Program-made: the position numbers and the translations under genes | Part shown: piece after piece, positions 18,945 through 28,693 of the stretch | How the letters are laid out: each line of letters starts with the position of its first letter | Position numbering within the stretch: the first letter of the stretch is position 1 | Notes under the pieces: model-generated | Told to the model about the DNA's origin: nothing | Databases searched by the model: none | Seen by the model: only the letters and a program-made list of their open reading frames with translations | Source of the DNA: Candidatus Hydrogenedentota bacterium | Lineage (GTDB): Bacteria > Hydrogenedentota > Hydrogenedentia > Hydrogenedentales > SLHB01 | Assembly: GCA_963745075.1 (NCBI GenBank) | Contig: CAVUWV010000034.1 | Span: 65,227 to 129,226, forward strand | Length of the DNA stretch: 64,000 bases | Direction: 5' to 3'

Positions 18945-20026
18945 GCGACTCCCTGCGGCGTACCGAACGATACGGGTCCGAAACTGAAGGTCGGCCGGAT
19001 TCCGGGAAACATCCAATACGCCGTCAACTCGGAGGAAGTTACCACGTTGTAGAAATCTCCATTGCGCGGAGAGAGCCCCGCGATTTCACGCTCTTGAATC
19101 ATCGAGATGTATTGATCGAGACCGCGTTCGAGTGTGTTGCTGTTGAGCACAACGTCGATGCCTGTCGTCTGCACGTACTTCTTCAGTCCCGGAATGCGAG
19201 ACTTCGACGGCGCATACGAATCGGGCCCGACCCCATTTTCACTCGTGACGAACAGCCCTTCGGGCGTTCGCACGACAATCGAGTGATTTCCTTCGGTATG
19301 ACCCGGCGTTTGGATCAAGGCGACGCCCCGGCCCAACAACACGTCGCCGTCAAGAAGGATGACCTTGCTTTCATCAACGCCGGCGATTCCGTCCGGACAA
19401 TACCATTGGCGCTGGGGGGGCAGCAATGCCCGGGCCGATTCCCACTCCTGGCGCATAACGAGTAGCTTCGCATTGGGGAAGAATGCGGGACCATCCGCCA
19501 CGCCCAACCAACGACGGATATCCTGCGTATGCAAATGGTCGTAAGTAATGTAGTCGACCTGATCCGGGCGGATGCCCGTTAGCGCCAAACACGTGTCCAC
19601 CGTGCCCAGTTCCGGCGCGACATACGGTTCGAGAAACGTGCGCATCATCCCCAAGCTCTCGGAAAAGGTTTTGAAGAAGGGCGTCTCCGCGTTGCGCCGG
19701 TAGTCCGACGGCGAAACCAGCATGGTCTTCAATCCGGATTCGCTCTGGAACTGAACGACAACCATGCGGTTCAGGATATGAACGTAGGGGGTGGGGACCG
19801 AACACGCGTCTTTCAGCGCGTAGCGTCGTGGATACGGCACACGCACCAAATCGAATGACGCGTAGTACGGGACCGGTTCGGCGGACAAAAGTGCGTCTCG
19901 AAAAACTTGTGCAGCGCGCGTGATTGCGTTCAGGCGGTCCTCCGGCGCGGCATGGTTCCGGGCTCCCTCGAAATGGCTGGCGCCCCGGATCGCAGGATCA
20001 TCGTAGCGCCTTGCAACGGTTGACAT
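18941..20026 (-). CDS. Divergent metallo-beta-lactamase-fold protein
   Basis: VDYITYDHLHTQD, FPNAKLLV, TPGHTEGNHS; GGGAGG SD. Confidence 0.7.
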   Translation of the reverse strand: MSTVARRYDDPAIRGASHFEGARNHAAPEDRLNAITRAAQVFRDALLSAEPVPYYASFDLVRVPYPRRYALKDACSVPTPYVHILNRMVVVQFQSESGLKTMLVSPSDYRRNAETPFFKTFSESLGMMRTFLEPYVAPELGTVDTCLALTGIRPDQVDYITYDHLHTQDIRRWLGVADGPAFFPNAKLLVMRQEWESARALLPPQRQWYCPDGIAGVDESKVILLDGDVLLGRGVALIQTPGHTEGNHSIVVRTPEGLFVTSENGVGPDSYAPSKSRIPGLKKYVQTTGIDVVLNSNTLERGLDQYISMIQEREIAGLSPRNGDFYNVVTSSELTAYWMFPGIRPTFSFGPVSFGTPQGVA

Positions 20027-20300
20027 TAGCAGCCTCCCATACACCATTATACCGATGCGGCAATGGTCCGCCAAGCGATTCCGTCGACGCGCAAAAGCGA
20101 GCCATCCCGTGGGACAGCGGACAGACGATCTACCGGCTGCAGCGCCGCATTGTTGAATCCGGCGAACTGTAGTAGAATGGAAAACCTGCGGGGACCTCAA
20201 TTCGGAGGACCGCGGTGCAAATGGAAAAGGCGTTGATGCGATGGGGTCCCCGATTGTGCATGGCCCGCTTTTTCAATTTGCCCCGCTTGGGAGGTGCACG

Positions 20301-20687
20301 ATGTTGAGACCGATCGTAGGACTGTTGATTCTGGGGCTGGTGACTTTCGGCGTGTTCGGGTGCAGCCCGCAGTCGGACACTGCCATGCCGTCACAGCCCG
20401 AGGCAAAGACACCGGCGCAGCCGGAAACGACCGCCCCAGAGGAGGCAACGGCACCATCCGAGTCCGCCGCTGAAGAGTCTTCCGCCGCCGATGTAACTCC
20501 GGCCGAGCCGCCTGCCGAACAAAGTGCAGAGTCGGTACAGCAGGAGATGCCATCCAGTGAACCTTCCGCCGCCGCCCCTGCGGAAGGTAGCGCGCCTGCG
20601 GAAACCGCTCCAGAGGCAGCGCCTGAAGGATCGGGTGAGTCCGCCCCCGCTGCCGGCGAACAGCCTGCCGCGTCATCCGGCGCATAA
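20301..20687 (+). CDS. Low-complexity Ala/Pro/Glu-rich lipoprotein
   Basis: GGAGGT SD, signal ending VFGC, disordered mature part. Confidence 0.75.
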   Translation: MLRPIVGLLILGLVTFGVFGCSPQSDTAMPSQPEAKTPAQPETTAPEEATAPSESAAEESSAADVTPAEPPAEQSAESVQQEMPSSEPSAAAPAEGSAPAETAPEAAPEGSGESAPAAGEQPAASSGA

Positions 20688-20719
20688 CCCCGAAGGTTTC
20701 CATTTCTCAATGGTACGAA

Positions 20720-20768
20720 GCCGGTGTCCGAATGGGCGGGCACCGGCATACGTCTTTTCTGTTTTTTT
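20720..20768 (+). terminator. Putative intrinsic terminator
   Basis: CCGGTGTCCG/CGGGCACCGG stem followed by a T-rich tract, between convergent genes. Confidence 0.45.
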
Positions 20769-20778
20769 CGCGGGATGT

Positions 20779-21843
20779 TTAGTCGAACAGGCCCAACTGT
20801 CCAGTCGGGTCGACGCGGCGAAACGAGGCGGTGGAAAGATCCGCATCGTTCCCGTTCATCTTCCACTTCCGGCACGCAATACGGAATAACCGCTCTATCT
20901 GCTGCGCGTGGAAACCTTCGCCTCGCATGCGGCTGCCAAACCGTGGATCATTTTCTTTGCCGTCGCGCAGAGAGCGAAGGCGATTCATAACCCGATCCTT
21001 GCGGTTCGGGTAGTGGGCGTCAAGCCAGGCTTCGAAGAGTGGCGCGACGGCGTGGGGGAGTCGCAGCATGATGTACGACGCCGTGCGCGCGCCCGCGCTA
21101 GCTGCCGCCTCGAGGATGGCGGGAATTTCCTCGTCGTTCAGGCCGGGGATGACCGGCGCAACCAGTACCCCCGTGGGGATGCCCGCCGCCGCGAGTTGGC
21201 CGATGGCGTCAAGCCGCTGACGGGGAAGTGAGGTCCGCGGTTCCAGGACCCGGTTCAGGGGCACGTCCAATGAAGTAACGGACAGAAATACGTGCGCCGC
21301 GTCGTATTCGGCCAGTTCGCGCAGGAGATCGATGTCGCGCGTGACCAGCCGGTTCTTTGTGACAATGCCAACTGGATTCCGGAATTCCGCCAGCACTTCC
21401 AGACAACGCCGGGTCAACTGCAAGCGCTTCTCGATGGGTTGATACGGATCGGTCACGCCGGACATGGCGAGGACCTTCGGTTGCCACTTGGGGGAAGCCA
21501 ACGCCTTTCGGAGCAGATCCGGCGCATTGTGTTTCACCATAATCTTGGATTCGAAGTCGATGCCTGATGAGAAGCCGAGGTACTCGTGCGTCGGACGGGC
21601 ATAGCAGTAGATGCACCCGTGCTCGCAACCGCGGTACGGATTGATGCTCGCTTCGAACGGGATATCCGGACTGTCATTCGTGGCGATGATGGACTTGGAC
21701 GCGTCAGGAATGAACTGAGTACCCGGCCGGGGCTCGTCGGAGTCGTCCCACTCCGGCGCCCGCTCATATGCGATGGCGTCGAACCGGTTGGCCGGTTGGC
21801 GAGTGGCGCCGCGGCCCTTTATGGGGGAACGGGGGTCTAACAT
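20779..21843 (-). CDS. PA0069-family radical SAM protein (spore photoproduct lyase-like)
   Basis: SINPYRGCEHGCIYCYARPTHEYLG, TDPYQPIE, LEPRT, LRLP. Confidence 0.95.
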   Translation of the reverse strand: MLDPRSPIKGRGATRQPANRFDAIAYERAPEWDDSDEPRPGTQFIPDASKSIIATNDSPDIPFEASINPYRGCEHGCIYCYARPTHEYLGFSSGIDFESKIMVKHNAPDLLRKALASPKWQPKVLAMSGVTDPYQPIEKRLQLTRRCLEVLAEFRNPVGIVTKNRLVTRDIDLLRELAEYDAAHVFLSVTSLDVPLNRVLEPRTSLPRQRLDAIGQLAAAGIPTGVLVAPVIPGLNDEEIPAILEAAASAGARTASYIMLRLPHAVAPLFEAWLDAHYPNRKDRVMNRLRSLRDGKENDPRFGSRMRGEGFHAQQIERLFRIACRKWKMNGNDADLSTASFRRVDPTGQLGLFD

Positions 21844-21846
21844 AAT

Positions 21847-21862
21847 CTGAATAAATGTTCAG
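21847..21862. promoter_or_regulatory. Candidate LexA/SOS operator
   Basis: Palindrome CTGAA-TAAATG-TTCAG, one mismatch to GAAC-N4-GTTC, 3 bp from the radical SAM ATG. Confidence 0.5.
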
Positions 21863-21976
21863 CCTTTCAGGCTCATTAAACCACAGATCGGATTCTTACG
21901 CAACCCCGTCGCCGCGATCCAATTTGTGAAGCATTCCGATTCCACGTAAAGTATCGGCAGTCGGGAACGCGGTAAC

Positions 21977-22711
21977 GTGAGGGCTTACAGGGTGAGGAAC
22001 TACTACTGGCAATCTGTGGCAATCGTCATGTCTGTGGGGCTGGCCGCAGGAGTGGCTGGGCAAGCAACCGGGGAAGATGACGACGGCTTTGTCTCCATCT
22101 TCGACGGAACGACCTTGGATGGCTGGCAGGCGGCCGACATGAGCTATTGGTCTATCGAGGATGGCGCCATTACGGCCAAGATTACCGCCGAGCATCCGTC
22201 GGAGCGTAATCACTACCTGGTGTATCAAGGCGGAAAACTTGGAGACTTTGAACTGAAACTCCGGCATCGGATCGTCAGCGATGAAACAGTGAACGGCGGA
22301 TTTCAGTTCCGCAGCGAGATGTTTGACGGCGATATCGCGAACGATTGCCGCGGGTATCAGGTCGACAACAACACGAACACGCCTTGGCTCGTCCGCTTGT
22401 ACGACGAATTCGGACGGCACGACTTGGCGCTGCGCGGTCAGAAGTCGGTCTTCAACGCGGACGGCACGAAGGAAACCACGCCCATCCCCGAAGCCGAAGG
22501 CGACCCATGGTTCCAGCTCGATGAGTGGCATGAATACCATCTCATCTGCCGCGGACAGAACCTTACGTTATATGTGAACGACCGACTCGTTGCGGAAGTG
22601 ATTGATAACGATCCTAACCAACAGGATTTCTCCGGGATTCTCGCGCTGCAACTTCATAGCGGTCCGCGCATGACCGTTCAATTCAAAGACATTCGCCTGA
22701 AAAATCTCTGA
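21977..22711 (+). CDS. DUF1080 (3-keto-disaccharide hydrolase family) protein
   Basis: GFVSIFDGTTLDGW, DFELKL, NGGFQFRS, GYQVD, EWHEY, GILALQLH, VQFKDIRLK. Confidence 0.9.
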   Translation: MRAYRVRNYYWQSVAIVMSVGLAAGVAGQATGEDDDGFVSIFDGTTLDGWQAADMSYWSIEDGAITAKITAEHPSERNHYLVYQGGKLGDFELKLRHRIVSDETVNGGFQFRSEMFDGDIANDCRGYQVDNNTNTPWLVRLYDEFGRHDLALRGQKSVFNADGTKETTPIPEAEGDPWFQLDEWHEYHLICRGQNLTLYVNDRLVAEVIDNDPNQQDFSGILALQLHSGPRMTVQFKDIRLKNL

Positions 22712-22729
22712 GTCGTGGGGGGGGCTGAC

Positions 22730-24319
22730 ATGACGGAGTTCGACGGCGACATTCGACCTCGCGCCGCCAACCGGCTGCTGATTGCCATCATTCTCTTCGG
22801 ATTCGCGGTGCGGTTTGTTTCCATGTTCTGGGGAATCGGCCTGTTTTCGTTCGATCGCGGCTACTACCATCCCGACGAATCGAAGATCGTTAGTTACGTT
22901 CGTTCCTTTCCCGGATCCTTCTGGACCGAGGAAGACTTTCGTTATCCGCATGCCGTTCACCACGTGCTTTTGCCCGTGTACCTTCCGCTAAAGTGGGTGG
23001 GTAATACCGCGTTCATACAAGGCATTGCGTCGGGAAATTCCGACCGGCTTTGGGCGTACCTGGTGTGCCGCTTTGCCTGTGTACTGATGGGGACGGCGAC
23101 GGTGTGGTTTGTGTACGCGGCAGTGCGCCGTCTGACCGGACAGGTGAAATCCGCTTTGGTTGCGGGGTTTGTTGCCAGCCTTTTCCCCTACGCGGTACTG
23201 AATTCCGGACTGGCCGCGACCGATGTGCCGCTGTCACTCGCGATCGTCATTGTCTTTTACGCGTACATCCGGCTCGCGGATTGGATTCCAGAGGTGAAGT
23301 GGGGGTGGTTTGGGCTTGGGTGTCTGGCCGGTGTGGCCATCGGTGTGAAATACACGGCCGCGTTTCTCGGGCCGGCGTTAGTGATTCTGATGGTGTGGCG
23401 GCATCGAACGGCGGGCGCTTCGTGGCCGATGGTGGCACGGAATGTGGCCCGCTTAGGGATGGGCACGGCCCTCGCCTTCATAATCGTCATGCCACACGCC
23501 GTATTCCGGTACCATCTCGTGATCGCCAGCCTGCGGTATGAAATGAGTCGAATTCACGGAAGACACTGGCATCTTGGCGAATACCTCGGGCGGTATTGGA
23601 CGGCCTTCGGCTGGCCAGGAATGGCGCTGGTCCTATGCGCTGTAGCCTTACTGGCGTGGAAACGGCCGAAAGGCACTGCGGGATTAGCCCTCTTTATACT
23701 CTTCTTCATCCTCTTGACCGCGCGCGGTCTCCTCGACCGGTATCTGATTACTATCGCACCGTTGGCGGCCATCGCGGTGGGCTGCGCGGTTGCGTTGCCG
23801 CCGTTCAAGAATGCCCCGTCGGAATGGGTTCGGCGCGGTGCAGCGTACAGTCTCATCGGCGCATGTGTGGTCCTACTTTTCGCTTGCCTGTACGGACGGT
23901 ATGCATTCGATACACGAAGCGAAGTTACGCGCTTCGTTCAGCGGAACTACCCCCCGAACACGACGATCTACCAGGCAGTCCTCGGCACGGAGAAGAAGAA
24001 CCGGCAGCGGTGGCGCTGGGCGCACTTTGCCGTCGGCGAATTCCCCAACGTCTCGTACCAGAGGCAACCCGACCTGATCGTCGCGACGATGCCGCCGCAC
24101 GAACTGCTCCTCCACGATATGCAGGATGATGGCAGGCGGTTCACGGCGTGGCGGTACCAGTACAAGCTCGAACCGCCGTCGAACGATATGAAGGATCTGT
24201 ATGACACGCTGGCCACCGGTTCAAACGGGTATCGTCTCGTGGCGCGATTCCCACGGACCATCCTGCCGATCGAATTCCCCGGCTACCCGCTGGCCGTATA
24301 TGAACGGCGGGGAAAGTAG
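22730..24319 (+). CDS. GT-C fold membrane glycosyltransferase (ArnT/PMT-like)
   Basis: YHPDE in the first loop, many TM helices, ATDVP, GVKYT, DRYL. Confidence 0.8.
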   Translation: MTEFDGDIRPRAANRLLIAIILFGFAVRFVSMFWGIGLFSFDRGYYHPDESKIVSYVRSFPGSFWTEEDFRYPHAVHHVLLPVYLPLKWVGNTAFIQGIASGNSDRLWAYLVCRFACVLMGTATVWFVYAAVRRLTGQVKSALVAGFVASLFPYAVLNSGLAATDVPLSLAIVIVFYAYIRLADWIPEVKWGWFGLGCLAGVAIGVKYTAAFLGPALVILMVWRHRTAGASWPMVARNVARLGMGTALAFIIVMPHAVFRYHLVIASLRYEMSRIHGRHWHLGEYLGRYWTAFGWPGMALVLCAVALLAWKRPKGTAGLALFILFFILLTARGLLDRYLITIAPLAAIAVGCAVALPPFKNAPSEWVRRGAAYSLIGACVVLLFACLYGRYAFDTRSEVTRFVQRNYPPNTTIYQAVLGTEKKNRQRWRWAHFAVGEFPNVSYQRQPDLIVATMPPHELLLHDMQDDGRRFTAWRYQYKLEPPSNDMKDLYDTLATGSNGYRLVARFPRTILPIEFPGYPLAVYERRGK

Positions 24320-24686
24320 CACGACGTGGGCGAGCCGGGGACGATCCGGACCGTCCAAGGGGTTTTCCAGTTTGATTGGCTGAGCGCGTACGGGCTTTGG
24401 CAGCAACGTTCGCGTTGCCTCTCTGGTGACATGGGTTGCTGCCGTAATATCTTCGGCGAGTCTTGGACGGTCGTTTTGCTGCCGGTCTCATCATTTCGCA
24501 TCTCGATCCCGAGCTGTAGTAAAATCCCGCTATCTGCACCCGTTGGCAGGTCCCGGCGTTCTACGGAAGATGAAAGCGCGCACCGTTTCATGTCGTCCCA
24601 CGACGTGATGCCGGGCCACGGCCTCGACGTTCACGCTATAGCCGGCTCCTCCGGAGCAGGGCTCACCTGAGAAAGAAGTTCGCGTT

Positions 24687-25856
24687 ATGACTGACACCTC
24701 TGAAAGTCCCAGCCCGGTCAACAAGTCGAAATCCCGCAACAGTTGGGGCATCCGGATTGCATTTCTTGCGCTCGTTCTCGTCGCGGGAGGCGCGGCGTTT
24801 GCTTATTACCGGTACTCACAGAACTTCGAGACCACCGACGACGCCTTTATCGAGAGCACCATCGTTCGTATCAGTTCGCAGGTGGCCGGCGAGGTTTCGG
24901 CGGTCCATGTCGGCGACAATGAGACGGTGAAAAACGGCGACCTGCTCGTGGAATTGGACGCCCGTCCCTTCGAAATTGCACTCGAATCGAGCCAGGCCGC
25001 CGAAGCACTGGCCTCGAGCCGGACAGAGGCCGCGGAATTGGACGTGAGCGTCACCGAAACCACGTCCGGCGCCGGTCTGGATCAGGCGGAGGCCGAGGCC
25101 AAGGCTACAAAGGAGACCGTGAGCCAGGCCCGTGCGGAACTCGCCGCGGCACAAGCGCAGGCCGGGCAGGCCGCAATCGATTACAAACGTCTGTCCGACC
25201 TGGAGCAGTCCGGCGCGGTCGCCAAGCAGAACCGGGACGACGCGCAGACGAACCTGGACGTTACGCGGGCCCACCTCGAACAGGCTGCCAAACAGGTCGC
25301 CGTCGCCGAGAACAAGGTGAACGTCGCGCTCGGCAGACTCGCGGAGGCGTCTGCGGCGCCGCAGGAAGTCGCCGTGAAGCAGTCCGAGGTCTCCCAGCGG
25401 GAAGCTGAAATGAAGCAGGCCCAAGCCGCGGTGCACGCGGCGGAACTCGACCTGTCGTATACGAAGGTCTACGCGCCCATCGACGGACGAGTCACGCGGA
25501 AGAGCGTAGAGCCGGGCGAATACGTCCAGGTGGGACAGAGCCTCATGGCAATCGTCTCCGATGATGTGTGGGTCATCGCCAATTTCAAAGAAACACAACT
25601 CGATCGCATCAAGCCCGGTCAGGACGTCGACATCTACGTCGACGCGTACAAGGGGACGGTGTTCAAAGGTCACGTGGACAGCGTCCAGTCGGGCACCGGC
25701 GCGCGATTCAGCATGCTGCCGCCGGAAAACGCGACGGGGAACTACGTGAAAGTCGTCCAGCGGGTCCCGGTGAAAATCATATTCGACGAGCGGCCCGATC
25801 CCGCCTTGCACATCGCGGCGGGCATGTCGGTCGTGCCGAAGGTTCATGTACGTTGA
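24687..25856 (+). CDS. emrA: EmrA/HlyD efflux adaptor
   Basis: TTDDAFI, WVIANFKETQL, GTGARFSMLPPENATGNYVKVVQRVPVKI. Confidence 0.92.
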   Translation: MTDTSESPSPVNKSKSRNSWGIRIAFLALVLVAGGAAFAYYRYSQNFETTDDAFIESTIVRISSQVAGEVSAVHVGDNETVKNGDLLVELDARPFEIALESSQAAEALASSRTEAAELDVSVTETTSGAGLDQAEAEAKATKETVSQARAELAAAQAQAGQAAIDYKRLSDLEQSGAVAKQNRDDAQTNLDVTRAHLEQAAKQVAVAENKVNVALGRLAEASAAPQEVAVKQSEVSQREAEMKQAQAAVHAAELDLSYTKVYAPIDGRVTRKSVEPGEYVQVGQSLMAIVSDDVWVIANFKETQLDRIKPGQDVDIYVDAYKGTVFKGHVDSVQSGTGARFSMLPPENATGNYVKVVQRVPVKIIFDERPDPALHIAAGMSVVPKVHVR

Positions 25857-27448
25857 CGGATGTTGCCACGGAATACACCGGCATCGATTCCAATGTGCCG
25901 GGGCATGAGCAGTGGTTTGCTCCCCATAACCCGTGGCTGACCGCGGTCGTCACCACGCTTGCCACGTTCATGGAGGTGTTGGACACGACCATCGTCAACG
26001 TCTCGCTTCCGCATATGGCGGGCACGCTCGGAAGCACGCCGACGGATACCACGTGGGTGCTCACCTCGTACCTCGTCTCCAACGCCATTATCCTTCCCAT
26101 CAGCGCCTGGTTTTCGTCCGTCTTTGGAAGACGGAATTATTACATGATGTGCGTCGCGTTGTTCACGGTCAGCTCGTTCCTGTGCGGGCTGGCGCCGACG
26201 TTGGGGGCGCTCGTGTTCTTCCGGTTGTTGCAGGGCGTGGGCGGCGGCGGCTTGCAGCCCACCTCGCAGGCCATCATGGTGGATACCTTCCCGCCCCGGC
26301 AGCGGGGCATGAGCATGGCCATCTTCGGGATGACGGTCGTAGTCGCCCCGATCATCGGGCCGACATTGGGCGGCTGGATCACCGATAACATGAGCTGGCG
26401 ATGGATCTTCTTCCTCAACGTGCCCGTCGGCCTGTTGTCGCTGGCCCTGGTGCCGCGGCTCGTACACGATCCGCCCTACCTCGTGCGCCGTCGCGGCAAG
26501 GATCGGTTCCGCGTGGATCTCATCGGATTGGGCCTGCTTGCCGTCGGGCTGGGCTCGTTGCAGATCGTCCTCGATCTCGGGGAGCGCCTTGACTGGTTTG
26601 GTTCCCGGCTGATTACGGCGCTCGTTGTCTGTTCCGTGTTCGCGCTTATCGCCGTGGTCATTTGGGAATTACGCAGCAAAGACCCCATCGTCAATTTCCG
26701 GCTTCTCCGGGAAAGTAACTTGGGCTTCTCGACGTTGACGATGTTCCTCTTCGGATTCGGACTCTACGGCAGCACGGTGCTCTTGCCGCTGTATATGCAG
26801 ACGCTCATGGGATATACCTCGATGCTCAGCGGGATGGCCATCACACCGGGGGGGATCCTGGTAATGGTGATGCTCCCCTTCATCGGAATGATGGTGTCGC
26901 GCTTCGACGCCCGCGCCATGATCGCATTCGGCATCGCGGTCATCGCCGTATCCATGTACACCATGGGGTGGTTCGATCTCAATGCCGATTTCTGGACCAT
27001 CGCCCGGGCGCGCATGCTTCAAGGGTTCGGAATGGCTTTTGTATTCGTCCCGGTGAACACCATTGCCTACGCCTATGTGAAGCGCGAGGACCGTAACAGC
27101 GCTTCTAGCCTCATTAACCTTGCGCGCAACATCGGCGGCAGCGTCGGCATTGCGTTCTCGTCCACCATGGTTACTCGGGGCACTCAAACCCACCTGACCG
27201 CCCTCGTGAGTCATGCGACCCCCTACGATCCCGCCTACACGGACACCATCGCGCGGTTGAAAACCGTGTTCTTGAACCAGACCGGTGACCCGGTGGGCGC
27301 CGCCACCCGCGCCTACGCGCTGACCTACGGTTTCATCGAACAACAGGCGCGTATGCTCGCCTACGTGGACGTGTTCCGCTACCTCGCCCTCGCCCTGTTG
27401 TTCGTGGTGCCGGTCGCCTTCTTCATGAAACGGCCTAAAACGAGTTAG
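25853..27448 (+). CDS. emrB: EmrB/DHA2 MFS efflux permease
   Basis: FMEVLDTTIVNVSLP, WVLTSYL, GPTLGGWITDNMSWRWIFFLNVP, RNIGGSVG; TTG start overlapping the emrA stop. Confidence 0.92.
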   Translation: MTDVATEYTGIDSNVPGHEQWFAPHNPWLTAVVTTLATFMEVLDTTIVNVSLPHMAGTLGSTPTDTTWVLTSYLVSNAIILPISAWFSSVFGRRNYYMMCVALFTVSSFLCGLAPTLGALVFFRLLQGVGGGGLQPTSQAIMVDTFPPRQRGMSMAIFGMTVVVAPIIGPTLGGWITDNMSWRWIFFLNVPVGLLSLALVPRLVHDPPYLVRRRGKDRFRVDLIGLGLLAVGLGSLQIVLDLGERLDWFGSRLITALVVCSVFALIAVVIWELRSKDPIVNFRLLRESNLGFSTLTMFLFGFGLYGSTVLLPLYMQTLMGYTSMLSGMAITPGGILVMVMLPFIGMMVSRFDARAMIAFGIAVIAVSMYTMGWFDLNADFWTIARARMLQGFGMAFVFVPVNTIAYAYVKREDRNSASSLINLARNIGGSVGIAFSSTMVTRGTQTHLTALVSHATPYDPAYTDTIARLKTVFLNQTGDPVGAATRAYALTYGFIEQQARMLAYVDVFRYLALALLFVVPVAFFMKRPKTS

Positions 27449-27579
27449 CCCCGCCTTCATCGCGCAGCGCGGATACCGGGCGGCGTGCGTATCGGTCACC
27501 CACATCCCCGTGTACTTGCGACCGTTTGCCTGCCTTTCATTACGAGAAACCCCGACTCATATGCGGGTGAACTTTTGGA

Positions 27580-27608
27580 TTGCGATTGCGCGGCGGAAAA
27601 GCTAGACT
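27580..27608 (+). promoter_or_regulatory. Candidate sigma70 promoter
   Basis: TTGCGA-N17-TAGACT upstream of the small gene at 27727. Confidence 0.4.
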
Positions 27609-27726
27609 TCCGCCGTGAAGGCGGAGCTGCTCGCAGTCCGCAACGTGAGTAGTCCGTGCAAGAACTGCACTGTTGCGAAGGCAAAAGGCCTGCATCCCAA
27701 TCGCGAACGCAAAAGGAGCACGATCC

Positions 27727-27975
27727 ATGCGTAAATTCCTTATGTGGGTGGTTGTCTTGGTTGCTTTGGCTACACAAACCGTAACGCCGGACTCCGGTTG
27801 TGCCGCAGCACCCGGGGGACCGAATCCGATTCCGATACCGTACCCGAATCGCACAAAGGATTTTGCGCGTGTCGCATCAGCCACTACCACCGCCGACGCA
27901 TTTTCCGGTAGCGGCCTGATCGCGCCAACGCTTTGGGAAAATCAGGGCGAAAATCAGCGACAGACTACGAATTAA
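27727..27975 (+). CDS. Small secreted protein (82 aa) with PIPYPN motif
   Basis: AAAAGGAG SD, signal peptide MRKFLMWVVVLVALA. Confidence 0.55.
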   Translation: MRKFLMWVVVLVALATQTVTPDSGCAAAPGGPNPIPIPYPNRTKDFARVASATTTADAFSGSGLIAPTLWENQGENQRQTTN

Positions 27976-28075
27976 TATTCCCTGAAAATCATGGATGTCC
28001 GTGTATTTCCGAACCGAAATCTACGTCCCGCTCCGTCATCCCCGCGCACGGGCCTGTCGAAGCATTACATGTACT

Positions 28076-28153
28076 CGTCATCCTGAGCTTGCGAAGGATC
28101 TCATTACGCTAACGCTTAACGGCCTAGAGATCCTTCGCAAGCTCAGGATGACG
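28076..28153. repeat. Perfect 27-bp inverted repeat (GTCATCCTGAG-type REP/MITE-like)
   Basis: CGTCATCCTGAGCTTGCGAAGGATCTC, 24-nt loop, then its exact reverse complement. Confidence 0.9.
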
Positions 28154-28238
28154 CTGTGATGCGCGTGTTTTGATTATATCGACAGACTCGCACTCCGAGA
28201 TCCACCCGTCCGTCTCACACACGATACGAGCGGCTCCC

Positions 28239-28266
28239 CGTCATCCCCCCGCACGCGGGGATCCAT
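28239..28266. repeat. GTCATCCCC-type REP; partial copy at 28033-28053
   Basis: CGTCATCCCCCCGCACGCGGGGATCCAT and CCGTCATCCCCGCGCACGGGC. Confidence 0.65.
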
Positions 28267-28441
28267 CTTCTGCTACGTCTGCGCCATGCGGCGCACATAC
28301 CCGCGCCGCAACCCGTTTGTCCCGTCGATCCAATCCAAAATCTTCGTCACCCGCGCCAATTCGTCGTAGATACAGTTCGCATCGTACGAGTTCGCCCCCC
28401 GACGCGTACCAGAATTAAGTATTGTGTCCCCTTAATTCGTT

Positions 28442-28470
28442 TGTGGTGCGGGCGCCTCGCCGGCACCACA
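28442..28470. repeat. GTGG-foot REP-like palindrome
   Basis: TGTGGTGC-GGGCGCCTCGCCG-GCACCACA; resembles the 6507/6636 element. Confidence 0.55.
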
Positions 28471-28615
28471 GTAAACCCTCGTCGTTCTCGTTGCTTCGAT
28501 TTGCAACACCCGCCTTCAAATCGCAACAGGGGCGGCGATTTCCGGCTACCTCTGTCACGACTGAGTCAACTCGTAAATTACTTTCTAGCAATAGCTTATG
28601 TGATTCACCCGGATT

Positions 28616-28631
28616 TGGCACATCCGTTGCA
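28616..28631 (+). promoter_or_regulatory. Sigma54 (-24/-12) promoter
   Basis: TGGCAC-ATCCG-TTGCA, exact consensus spacing, upstream of the Hsp20 pair. Confidence 0.75.
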
Positions 28632-28693
28632 ATTACTCAATCGACTGCATGAGGTGCAGAGACAGAAACTACGAAAGAAAGGAGATGGCAATT

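Noticed and set aside
22717..22724. G8 tract as a phase-variation switch for the glycosyltransferase
   Set aside because: Short, upstream of the probable ATG, and homopolymer lengths are unreliable in this assembly.
24320..24686. Small gene or regulator upstream of emrA
   Set aside because: Short ORFs have no recognisable motif or SD.
28033..28470. CRISPR array or tRNA
   Set aside because: Repeats are inverted and heterogeneous, with no regular spacers, no cas genes and no cloverleaf.
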